From an uncultured virus (IMG/VR IMGVR_UViG_3300025138_000029) (Duplodnaviria > Heunggongvirae > Uroviricota > Caudoviricetes), in IMG/VR virus record IMGVR_UViG_3300025138_000029: a stretch of 20,000 bases of DNA; one strand, 5' to 3'. Of this stretch, positions 1 through 8,878 are shown piece by piece. A program made the translations under genes and the position numbers. The notes beneath the pieces were generated by a model that did no database searches, was not told the origin of the DNA, and was given only the letters and a program-made list of their open reading frames with translations. Position 1 is the stretch's first letter; the number at the start of each line of letters is the position of its first letter.

Positions 1-2
1 CA

Positions 3-83
3 AATCAAGTTTATCAAATTCGATTCCCCGACAATGACATTAAAGTGAGAGCTAAGTCACTTAAAAATGTCGACTTCTCATAA
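3..83 (+). CDS. 3' end (partial) of a probable baseplate wedge subunit, T4 gp6-like
   Basis: Manual translation of frame 3 gives NQVYQIRFPDNDIKVRAKSLKNVDFS-stop (TAA 81-83). It resembles the (I/V)(F/Y)(E/Q)(I/V)(K/R)(F/Y)PxxDIxxR C-terminus I recall from gp6-like wedge proteins of large myoviruses. Only 26 codons are visible. Confidence 0.6.
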   Translation, partial: NQVYQIRFPDNDIKVRAKSLKNVDFS

Positions 84-94
84 ATCTATCCATA

Positions 95-102
95 TACTTT
101 TG
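95..102 (+). promoter_or_regulatory. Candidate Bacteroidota housekeeping-sigma -7 element (TAnnTTTG)
   Basis: TACTTTTG in the first intergenic gap matches TAnnTTTG exactly, but no TTTG -33 element is present at the expected distance upstream. It overlaps a small palindrome, TTTGAT-AAA-ATCAAA (99-113). Confidence 0.25.
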
Positions 103-119
103 ATAAAATCAAATTAAAA

Positions 120-145
120 TTAAGATGAATAACTATTTATCTTAA
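120..145 (+). promoter_or_regulatory. Inverted repeat/hairpin just upstream of the 1680-aa gene
   Basis: TTAAGATGAAT-AACT-ATTTATCTTAA: 11-bp stem with one G-U pair and a 4-nt loop, ending 9 nt before the ATG at 155. No U-tract follows, so it is not a classical intrinsic terminator. Confidence 0.5.
134..141 (+). promoter_or_regulatory. Candidate phage late-promoter motif TATTTAT
   Basis: TATTTAT ends 14 nt before the ATG at 155. The same core lies 20 nt before the ATG at 19239, so it is present in both real intergenic gaps of the window. Confidence 0.5.
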
Positions 146-154
146 AAACTAATT

Positions 155-3100
155 ATGCCAAAATCGATTAGAATAAGAACAGAACCTGGTGTTGATAGAG
201 ACATTAATGTTAAAATTGACCAAGATTTTGATTCCTTAGAAATTTTGTCTTTAAAATTAAGACAAGAAGACTTATATACACAGTTCTGCGCCGATTATGG
301 GGTTGTTGTGGGAAGAGTAATAGCCAATGGGGGTTTAGGTATACCTAATGCTCATATATCAATTTTTATCCCTTTAGATGATGTTGATGAAAGTGACCCT
401 ATAATATCCACACTATACCCATATAAAACCCCGACTACAAAGAATGAAGACGGGTATAGATATAATCTTCTACCATATGAAGATGAATACTACGGACATA
501 ACGGTACAGGTACATTTCCAACAGTTGACGATGTATTAACTCGTAAAGAGGTTTTACAAGTTTATGAAAAATACTATAAGTATTCGGTTAGAACTAATGA
601 CTCAGGTGACTTTATGATTGTCGGAGTGCCCTTAGGTAATCAAAAATTAGTTATGGATTTAGATTTATCTAACATGGGTGAGTTTTCACTTAGACCTTCA
701 GATTTAATTAGAATGGGTCGTGGAGTACCTTCACAATTTAATGGTCAACTATTTAAAGATTCTGAAAATATTGATTCATTACCACAGATATTAAATGAAG
801 TAAAAGACATTGATGTTTCATCATTTTGGGGACAAGATGATATATGTGATGTAGGTATAACTAGAGTTGATTTTGATTTGAGTGACCAAGGAATAGAAAT
901 TACACCTCACTCAGTATTTATGGGTTCTTTGTTCTCCTCAAATGAGGATGACTATATAAAGGCCACTTGTAGACCTAAAAAAGATACAGGTAATTTATGT
1001 GATACTGTTGCGGGCCCTGGAGAGATATTAGCCATAAGACAAACAATACAGGAAGATGAAAATGGTGACCCAGTATTAGAACAGTATCAATTAGAAGATG
1101 GGGGTAATGTTATTAACGATAATGGAGCGTGGTTAATTGACCTTCCAATGAATATGAATTATGTAACAACTAATGAGTTCGGAGAAAGAGTAACTTCTCC
1201 TGACCCTAGTGTTGGAATTCCCACACAAGCTAAGTATAGGTTTAAGATAAAATGGCAAAACGAAGCAGGATTACAAACTCAAATAATGAGGGCAAATTAT
1301 TTAATTCCAAATATAAAAGAACATTGGAATGGTAATCCTATATCTGGTATTCCATTTGATTTAAATAAATCGTATTCATTTTCATTAGATTGGTCGGATT
1401 ATTACGATAAAGATGCCGCAATAAAATGTGAAGACACATTTTATAGTTTTGGTTATAATAAAGTCTACACTACAGCAGCACACATTGATAGATGGAAATA
1501 TGGTGCAAATAGAGCTTCTCATTATGGTATAAAAGAGATTCTTAATAGGGACTGTATGAGTGAAAATAATAGGTTTCCTGTAAATGATGGACAACGTAAC
1601 TTTGATTTTTTATATTTTTTATTTAACATCCTACTCGGTGTTATTACCCCAACGGTTTTTGTTATTATCCCTATAATGCACGTATTAGCATTATTATATC
1701 CTATAGTAAGGCTTATTGTTAACCTTCTTGTAACCATAATTAATCCTATTTTATACTTAATTTGTAAAGCGGTTGCATTTTTAAGTAGAAAAGTTAAAAA
1801 AAGTGATTGTAAAAAAGACACAATTAAAAAACTACCTAAAGAAAACCCATTTAAGAGATTAACTTTACCTATGATAACCTATCCTGACTGTGAAGCATGT
1901 TCATGTGATGATGTTAATTTACCCGATGCTGAAGATGAAACAATTACAAGTTTGGAATTAGAAATTGCAAATGCGAATCAGAGTAATTTAGCTGACTTCG
2001 TTAGTATAGGGGCTTATAATGATATTGTATGTAGTACTAGCTCCGTCTCACCTGGAGGGGTAGTTCCTCCAACTATTAATATAAACTCGGAATGTTATGC
2101 ATGTTATAATGGACAACCGAGTTATGTTGCTGCACAATACAACCAACTTATCTTTTCAGGATACGACCCTGATATCCCACCACCATCAGAACCAGGAGAA
2201 TTTAATCCACCTTTTACCCCACCTGCACAGTGGTCAAAGAGTCCATTTAGTTTACAAACACATAGTAGTGAATACCATTCAACATTTACCACAACCTTAC
2301 CTCAGTCATTAAATTTAATGAATCAAAGAAGTAGATATTTTGATACTACAACACCTAATCGTATGTTAGTGGATATTGTAAATGACCAACTAAACCCTAA
2401 TGGGGTTCCTAATACATCACCAATTACACATGTAAAAAATAGGTACGAAGACATGCCGTTAGTTACTGTACTTGATGGTAATGTTAATTTAACCCCTGGT
2501 CAGTTATTAACATTTGTTGATGGAGAATTAATTGATGACCCTAACGTTAATAATACAGGAATGACCGTAAATCAATTTGGTTATCAGTCATTAACAGGTA
2601 CCATGGTAAGTAATCCTTCCGCATACGTTACAAGACCATGTAGTTATATTGACGGTAACGGTACTCCACGAAATATAGATTTAGAATTATATTCACCTGT
2701 TCCAGGAGCGTCATACAATTTTAAAACGGGTATTGAATACTATCAGGTTATTGGTAGTATGGATGTTAGTGATGCAAGAGCTTACTTATCTGGTGTAACT
2801 GCAAATAGTAGTGATTCTATATTATGGAAATACTTTTTAGATAAAGATTGTCAATATTTCTGTGACAGAGGTAATTCAAACTGGGCCGTTCCCATACAAG
2901 ACCCTCTTGATTATTTTGAGGATGCAGACAATGTTAAAATATATTTTATAGCTAAAGGTGTGGACCCATACTCAGGAAGACAAAAAATAAAATATGATTT
3001 GAATAGACTATTTGGAGAACTATATAACGCAAACCCTAACTTTATTTTCCAAGGAGATTATTTTCCTAACATACCAATACAAGAGGTTAGTAACGCTAAT

Positions 3101-5197
3101 GGAGGTAATGGTGATGATGATACACCCGCACCTCACTATGATATAGATTTACCTCCAGGTACAATACATTTTGATGATGGAATTAATGATAATACTGCAT
3201 TATTTCATGGGTCTTATCTTTTTACCCCTATTTCAAATTCAGGAACTACATTTCAATCATTTTTTACTAGAGGTTTTGCCTATTACTCTTCATTAGATTA
3301 TCAATTTGGGACCACATTAACAAATTTTGGTAGTAGTAATGGTGTCGAAGTAACTGGTAGTTTTCTTGACCCTTTAGTTGGTTATGATGTGATGTCTATT
3401 AGTACAACTCTTAGTGGACAAAGTAAAATAGAAGGAGCATCATACCAATGGACCGATACAAGTCCTCAAGCTAATTTAACTTCTGCGAGTAAAGTGTATA
3501 CGATATCACCATCTTATTGGTTATGGAACGCCGCAGGACTTGCACCTAAAATTAATATGAATGATGAGACTCGTTTAATTTTTAGGTCAGATAGATTACC
3601 AACATCATCGGTTAGGGACGAAGGGGCTTTAGCACCATATCAAGATTTCTGTTTACACTTAAATGACACATTTGTTTATTTTACTGTGACCGACACAGGT
3701 GTAAGTGAAGCAGTCTCACCTAACACTTCTGTCGGTTCTACAGATGGTTCAGGCGGAGCAGCAGATTATGGAGATGAACCACAACCAGGATTTATGGGAA
3801 ATGGAATATTACAGAGTTTTGAATGTTCAGGATTAAAAGTTTTAGAGTGTTATAATGGTACAGGTAGTAATTTTAGTGTAGACAATCCGTGTGACTTAGA
3901 CGATAGAACTCAAGGGGGTTGTTATGTGTTTGTTGATAACCCTTTAATAATTAGTATACCTAAAGATTTTAAATTTTTCTTTGAGTGGAGGACAAGGTTT
4001 AGATTTATGTTTGGAGCATGTAGAGGAGTTGTCGGACATATGTTCCAAAATAATTGGATAAATGGTACTTTATATATGCCATCATTTCAAAAGAAGACTT
4101 TTTATGATAGTAATAATGAAGTAAAACGTTACAAATATTGTGGTGACCCTTTCGTGGGTAATGGAGGGTTATTTGGAAATCAAAAACAAATGTGTGGACC
4201 ATTATACTTTAATACTGATTCTAACTCATTCTTTTATAGGTCCGCACCATATAATACTAATACGAATCAATTTAAACCACAAGGAGACTGTTATGGAGGT
4301 TTTTTTGGATTAAATAATATTGGTTCAAATGACGGAAATATATGGCAACCAACAACAATTATGGATTTGGGACCTAAAACAGATTTCCTAAAAGAAGTAT
4401 TACTTACACCTGAATTCCAAGGATATATAATGGATGAGATTGAATCAACTTCATATCAAGATATATCAGGATTATTAAACTTATTTATAATTTCAAGATT
4501 AGTTGACGCTAACTTTTTAGAACAACTATTAGGGGTGGGTGACGCATCAATACAACAATTATTTTCTAGAGACCCTGGACTTGGTTTAGTTAATAGATTT
4601 TTTGATTCAAGAGTTGATGGGGATTATGCGCAGGCATGTTCTATCAATACAGAATTTGGTGTATTACCTTATCTTGCTGGAAATTATGAAGACGAAGTTG
4701 CAGTAGGAGACAGTTTATTTGGTGTATGGTTTACAGGAAGCACCGTGAGTCCTTATAACACTGTAGGTACAACAGTTGCTGATAGAAGAATTGTTGGCCC
4801 TGGAGAATTAACATTTTCTGAAGACCCATTATTAGTTAGTAATTTTAATTATATTGGGTCACAAACAGTTCCATTTTATACTTGGGAATTTGCTGGTGGA
4901 AATATGTTTGGTACTGAGGAAAATACGTGGAAAACAAATACTTGTCAAACGGGTACATATCAAGATGAAAAATTTGACGGAGCCAATCAGTATGCTAAAC
5001 CGACCACAGGTTTAGGTACAGGATTTATTTTTAATAGACCAGTCAATGTATATCCTGGTAGTGTACCTACGGATAATGGTAATGATGGTTATAGGGTTGG
5101 GTCACCATTTCAATTCTATTTTGGATTAAAAAGAGGTAAAAGTGCGATGAATTTGTTCATAACTAAATTTATATTTAATAGAGATTTAAATGGGTAA
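155..5197 (+). CDS. Large putative virion structural protein (1680 aa), baseplate-associated, with an N-terminal carboxypeptidase-regulatory-like beta-sandwich and an internal hydrophobic hairpin
   Basis: Long ORF directly after the wedge gene. GRVIANGGLGIPNAHISIF...VRTNDSGDFMIVGVPLGNQKL matches the GxV...G.PIP.A.V...T+..G.F.I..VP.G pattern of CarboxypepD_reg/transthyretin-like folds. aa 483-543 are hydrophobic and a CxxCxC motif sits at aa 579-584. The ORF is secure; the function is inferred. Confidence 0.75.
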   Translation: MPKSIRIRTEPGVDRDINVKIDQDFDSLEILSLKLRQEDLYTQFCADYGVVVGRVIANGGLGIPNAHISIFIPLDDVDESDPIISTLYPYKTPTTKNEDGYRYNLLPYEDEYYGHNGTGTFPTVDDVLTRKEVLQVYEKYYKYSVRTNDSGDFMIVGVPLGNQKLVMDLDLSNMGEFSLRPSDLIRMGRGVPSQFNGQLFKDSENIDSLPQILNEVKDIDVSSFWGQDDICDVGITRVDFDLSDQGIEITPHSVFMGSLFSSNEDDYIKATCRPKKDTGNLCDTVAGPGEILAIRQTIQEDENGDPVLEQYQLEDGGNVINDNGAWLIDLPMNMNYVTTNEFGERVTSPDPSVGIPTQAKYRFKIKWQNEAGLQTQIMRANYLIPNIKEHWNGNPISGIPFDLNKSYSFSLDWSDYYDKDAAIKCEDTFYSFGYNKVYTTAAHIDRWKYGANRASHYGIKEILNRDCMSENNRFPVNDGQRNFDFLYFLFNILLGVITPTVFVIIPIMHVLALLYPIVRLIVNLLVTIINPILYLICKAVAFLSRKVKKSDCKKDTIKKLPKENPFKRLTLPMITYPDCEACSCDDVNLPDAEDETITSLELEIANANQSNLADFVSIGAYNDIVCSTSSVSPGGVVPPTININSECYACYNGQPSYVAAQYNQLIFSGYDPDIPPPSEPGEFNPPFTPPAQWSKSPFSLQTHSSEYHSTFTTTLPQSLNLMNQRSRYFDTTTPNRMLVDIVNDQLNPNGVPNTSPITHVKNRYEDMPLVTVLDGNVNLTPGQLLTFVDGELIDDPNVNNTGMTVNQFGYQSLTGTMVSNPSAYVTRPCSYIDGNGTPRNIDLELYSPVPGASYNFKTGIEYYQVIGSMDVSDARAYLSGVTANSSDSILWKYFLDKDCQYFCDRGNSNWAVPIQDPLDYFEDADNVKIYFIAKGVDPYSGRQKIKYDLNRLFGELYNANPNFIFQGDYFPNIPIQEVSNANGGNGDDDTPAPHYDIDLPPGTIHFDDGINDNTALFHGSYLFTPISNSGTTFQSFFTRGFAYYSSLDYQFGTTLTNFGSSNGVEVTGSFLDPLVGYDVMSISTTLSGQSKIEGASYQWTDTSPQANLTSASKVYTISPSYWLWNAAGLAPKINMNDETRLIFRSDRLPTSSVRDEGALAPYQDFCLHLNDTFVYFTVTDTGVSEAVSPNTSVGSTDGSGGAADYGDEPQPGFMGNGILQSFECSGLKVLECYNGTGSNFSVDNPCDLDDRTQGGCYVFVDNPLIISIPKDFKFFFEWRTRFRFMFGACRGVVGHMFQNNWINGTLYMPSFQKKTFYDSNNEVKRYKYCGDPFVGNGGLFGNQKQMCGPLYFNTDSNSFFYRSAPYNTNTNQFKPQGDCYGGFFGLNNIGSNDGNIWQPTTIMDLGPKTDFLKEVLLTPEFQGYIMDEIESTSYQDISGLLNLFIISRLVDANFLEQLLGVGDASIQQLFSRDPGLGLVNRFFDSRVDGDYAQACSINTEFGVLPYLAGNYEDEVAVGDSLFGVWFTGSTVSPYNTVGTTVADRRIVGPGELTFSEDPLLVSNFNYIGSQTVPFYTWEFAGGNMFGTEENTWKTNTCQTGTYQDEKFDGANQYAKPTTGLGTGFIFNRPVNVYPGSVPTDNGNDGYRVGSPFQFYFGLKRGKSAMNLFITKFIFNRDLNG

Positions 5198-6938
5198 TCA
5201 AAAAAATAATCAAAGTATTAGAATAGTTAGGGGTTCTGACCGTTATGCGGGCGCACCTGATACGGATTTATCTATTCAGATACCATTAGAAAATTCTAAA
5301 AAAAGTATTATTGAGGGAGATAGAAATGTACTAATTAATTTAGAAGAAAGATTTGACCATGAAAGACAGATTTCAACAAAGTTTAGAATAGCCGGTAAAA
5401 TAGTAAATTTATTTGATAATACGGTATCAGGAAGATGTTCTAATTATGCTCCCTTTGAAGAAGAATTGTATTATATAGACCCAACACAATCATTAGTAGC
5501 GGCTCAAGGAAACGTCGCTAACGCGGTTTGGACAGGGTACCCTCCTTATGATGAATTTAATTTTTTTAGAACATCAGGAGTGCCAGGTCATGTAGATTAT
5601 GATAGTAAAAGTGCATCAACCTATAATTGGTCAGTGTATTTAAGTTACTCTCATAAAAATGACTATAATCAGTCTATGAAATATACTGATGATGATACTA
5701 ACAATAGTTTAACTTTTAATGTGTCTGACGGTATCCCATATTCAATTAAGAATCGTACAGTAAATGGAAAAAGAATGATTAGTTTTTATTGTGGATTTAA
5801 ACATAACATAAAGGAAGGTGATTATGTTTACTTGCAAACACCTGTAAATGGTAAAAATTTATTAGAAGTTTATAGTTTAGGAGACCAATCATATGGTAAT
5901 GAAGATAAGATTCTTAATGTTTATAACTATGGGTATACAGGTAATAGTATTAGTGACGGAGCTATGGGAACATTAAAAAGAGTTATTAACCCTAGCAATT
6001 CTGGAGAAACTATGTCAGAATACTATGTAAGAAAACATAAGACATTAACTGAAGTAAAAAATGTAGATTTAACCCGAATGGGGTTTGAACAAAATAATTT
6101 TCCTGTAGAAAAAAAATTAGAGTACTCCGCACTTACGCCAAATCAAACAACAAGGATATCAGTAAAAGATGGTAGAGGTTCGTTTGGTTTATCATTTGAT
6201 AAAGATATAGATATTATATCACTAATGGATAATCTTGATAGACCTGTGACAGAATTATTCGTTACGATAGTGAACAAAGGTTATATGGGATTTTTCAATC
6301 ACGGTGGAACAGGACCCCCTAATAAAGGGTTAGAAGTTGGGTGGTCATTTAATTTTAGAAAGAGCATGATTGATACTTGGTGGTCTAAGTTAAATCTACA
6401 GAATAAAGATAATATAACTACAGACTATTATGATAAACCGGGTGATAATAATTTAAATATAAGATTTTACTATAATAAAGATTTACCGATAGGAACAGAA
6501 ATTAAAGGAGATATTTGTGAATGGAATAAATTCGACCAAAAAGAAACTATTCTATCAAAGATATCTCATAAATATTCTTTTAATCCTGGTGTAATAACAA
6601 CATCAGGAAATGTTAATTTACCCGATGGATACACATATAACCCACATCATTCAGTAAAACTAAGAGTTTATTCGGACTATATTGAAACGGGAGATAGAGA
6701 AGCTGTAAGTGGTGTTCCTGACTATTCTTTCTTTTCAAATTTTGAGGGACAGTGGAGATGGAGAGATATATACACTTATGGGTATATAGACACCGATGGT
6801 AATGGAGTTAATTACCCATTTTTAAATGGGGAACATTATCCTTTTGCGGATGTGCTATTTTTACAGACTCCCTTAATGAAAAACAATAACGTCTTTAATG
6901 ACATAATCTTTGACCCAATAACTGACGATTGTGAATAA
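5190..6938 (+). CDS. Hypothetical phage structural protein (582 aa)
   Basis: Long ORF with an 8-nt overlap with the upstream gene (ATGGGTAA). Aromatic-rich C-terminus (WRWRDIYTYGYID...NYPFLNGEHYPF). No family recognised; a structural role is inferred from context. Confidence 0.75.
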   Translation: MGNQKNNQSIRIVRGSDRYAGAPDTDLSIQIPLENSKKSIIEGDRNVLINLEERFDHERQISTKFRIAGKIVNLFDNTVSGRCSNYAPFEEELYYIDPTQSLVAAQGNVANAVWTGYPPYDEFNFFRTSGVPGHVDYDSKSASTYNWSVYLSYSHKNDYNQSMKYTDDDTNNSLTFNVSDGIPYSIKNRTVNGKRMISFYCGFKHNIKEGDYVYLQTPVNGKNLLEVYSLGDQSYGNEDKILNVYNYGYTGNSISDGAMGTLKRVINPSNSGETMSEYYVRKHKTLTEVKNVDLTRMGFEQNNFPVEKKLEYSALTPNQTTRISVKDGRGSFGLSFDKDIDIISLMDNLDRPVTELFVTIVNKGYMGFFNHGGTGPPNKGLEVGWSFNFRKSMIDTWWSKLNLQNKDNITTDYYDKPGDNNLNIRFYYNKDLPIGTEIKGDICEWNKFDQKETILSKISHKYSFNPGVITTSGNVNLPDGYTYNPHHSVKLRVYSDYIETGDREAVSGVPDYSFFSNFEGQWRWRDIYTYGYIDTDGNGVNYPFLNGEHYPFADVLFLQTPLMKNNNVFNDIIFDPITDDCE

Positions 6939-7791
6939 ATTTAGATTTACCGTAAACGATAAAGACACACAATTTAATCTACCTATTGAAATTGATTTCG
7001 ATAATTTAGGTAGAGAAGATTTAATTAAACAATATGAAGATGATGTCATAGAACAAGTGATTAATCCTGTTGAAGATTTTGAAACGACACGTTACTCACA
7101 TAATAAGTGGTTAAATGTTAATAACATACCTAAAAACAGTACTACTTACGAATTTTCTTTTTTTAATCGTACAGTAGATGTCGATACAACTACACCGGCT
7201 AATAGTAATTTATGGGTTTCTAGTTATACTTATGTCGACCCTTCAGTCTATCAAAATTATAGTGGTATTACATTTACTAATAAAGAACTTTATTATTACG
7301 CCAATTCATTTAAGAGAAGTTTCTTTAAACTAGATTTTTATGATACTACTGACGCTCAAAATCAACAAATTTATTTCACAGTAGTTATACCGACACAACA
7401 AGGTGAAAAAACACAAGTTGATATCGGTACACCTACAGTACCAAAACCAGTCGATATTAGAAAACCATTATTTAATTTAGACTATGTTGGAGATAAAGAG
7501 GGGTATTTTATTTATTGGTTAAAAAGTCGTGAATATATAGATTTAAATACTTTTTATATGTCGGCTAAATTTTTTAATGCTAAAATAGGACAATTTGTTA
7601 GAATGACAAATAGACCACAATCTAATATATCTGAAAAATTTAATTTTGATAAGTCTGAATACTTTTATTACAAAGTTAACTTAGATGTTGATAATTATGA
7701 ATATGAGGTTTTTGAAGAATATGGGGTAGGAAATAGAGTAGGTCAATTAAATAATGGTATAAAATGGTACGAATACGTTAATCCACAATAA
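6931..7791 (+). CDS. Hypothetical phage structural protein (286 aa), GTG start
   Basis: GTGAATAA 8-nt overlap with the upstream stop. Aromatic, beta-strand-rich and Cys-free sequence (SFFKLDFYD, GYFIYWLK, FYMSAKFFNAK). No family recognised. Confidence 0.75.
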   Translation: MNKFRFTVNDKDTQFNLPIEIDFDNLGREDLIKQYEDDVIEQVINPVEDFETTRYSHNKWLNVNNIPKNSTTYEFSFFNRTVDVDTTTPANSNLWVSSYTYVDPSVYQNYSGITFTNKELYYYANSFKRSFFKLDFYDTTDAQNQQIYFTVVIPTQQGEKTQVDIGTPTVPKPVDIRKPLFNLDYVGDKEGYFIYWLKSREYIDLNTFYMSAKFFNAKIGQFVRMTNRPQSNISEKFNFDKSEYFYYKVNLDVDNYEYEVFEEYGVGNRVGQLNNGIKWYEYVNPQ

Positions 7792-8873
7792 TGGAAGAAA
7801 AATATTACATAAAAGTTTCTCCTGAATCAATAAAAGGTGACGTTATTACTGAGTATTTCAGTGGTAATACTTTTGGTGTTTATACAGGTATGACTCAAGT
7901 ATTGAGTGGAGGTACAGGAGGTAGTAGTTTACTTACGGGTTTAACCATACCTTTAGTGTTTAGACAAACTTATGAAAATTATGGGTTTTATACGCCATTT
8001 GACGGTTTCGCGTTACAAAAAGATGTGGTTAGTAATTTTATAACCTCAGGAGACCCTGGAAACCAATACGTAATTAGAATTTTTAATACTTCTGACCAAT
8101 ATAAAGGGTTTTTAAAGTTAGCTAATTATACTGTAAATTGGGGAGACGGTAATTCAGAGCCATTTACCACAAACTCTCCTCAATATTTGTCACATACTTA
8201 TCCCAACGTTCCTACGAGTTATACAATAACCTTAACTCAAAATAATCCATGGGGACAGACTAATATAGAAAAGAAAGTTTACTTACCGACAACGGGAGTT
8301 ACGATAAATAATCCTTATGGTAATATTACGTTTACACCTCAAGGTGGAAGTTGGTCAGGTATACCAATAAATTATAATTATATTTTTACCGGGGACAGTT
8401 CAAATACCGTACAAAGTCAGACTTCTAATAATTTTACAACAGTACCATTTATAGTTAGTGGTTTTACCTCATCTAGATTATCTGAACTTAAATTATATGG
8501 TACAGTTCAATATGATATAACTACTACAGTAGTTAAAGGGGGACAACCATACGGTAAAGTTAATCAAATAACGAGTGGTTATACTTCGTACACAATTAAT
8601 GATGTTGATTACTATGATTACCCTGATGGTACTACATTATATATCGCCAATTCCTCAGGTTTAACAAGTTATGACCTTGTTGCCTCAGCAATAACTAAAC
8701 AAGAAGTATTAATTAACGTAGTTGACTCACCGGAAATACAATCTGAAATATTTATTGAAAGAGGTAAGCTTTCAGGCTTTGAATCATTACAGAGACTTGG
8801 GGAAGTTGATAACTTAGGTGACATGGAATCTTATGGGTACGGTTACTTCAAAATAAACAAAAATAACGAGTAA
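7791..8873 (+). CDS. Putative virion protein with a PKD-like domain (360 aa)
   Basis: TAATG coupling to the upstream gene. YTVNWGDG...LSHTY...YTITLTQNNPWG (about 8127-8255) matches the PKD signature W(D/N)(F/W)GDG...HTY...YxVxL. Confidence 0.75.
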   Translation: MEEKYYIKVSPESIKGDVITEYFSGNTFGVYTGMTQVLSGGTGGSSLLTGLTIPLVFRQTYENYGFYTPFDGFALQKDVVSNFITSGDPGNQYVIRIFNTSDQYKGFLKLANYTVNWGDGNSEPFTTNSPQYLSHTYPNVPTSYTITLTQNNPWGQTNIEKKVYLPTTGVTINNPYGNITFTPQGGSWSGIPINYNYIFTGDSSNTVQSQTSNNFTTVPFIVSGFTSSRLSELKLYGTVQYDITTTVVKGGQPYGKVNQITSGYTSYTINDVDYYDYPDGTTLYIANSSGLTSYDLVASAITKQEVLINVVDSPEIQSEIFIERGKLSGFESLQRLGEVDNLGDMESYGYGYFKINKNNE

Positions 8874-8878
8874 ATAAA

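Noticed and set aside
1385..1821. Minus-strand ORFs 1385-1594 (69 aa) and 1522-1821 (99 aa)
   Set aside because: Fully antisense to the 1680-aa CDS, short and with no recognisable motif; best explained as shadow ORFs.
2097..2312. Alternative-frame + ORF (71 aa, His/Leu-rich)
   Set aside because: Nested in the 1680-aa CDS over a Pro-rich stretch; its composition is a frame-shift by-product and there is no initiation context.
4005..4202. Minus-strand 65-aa ORF
   Set aside because: Short antisense shadow of the 1680-aa gene with no supporting signal.
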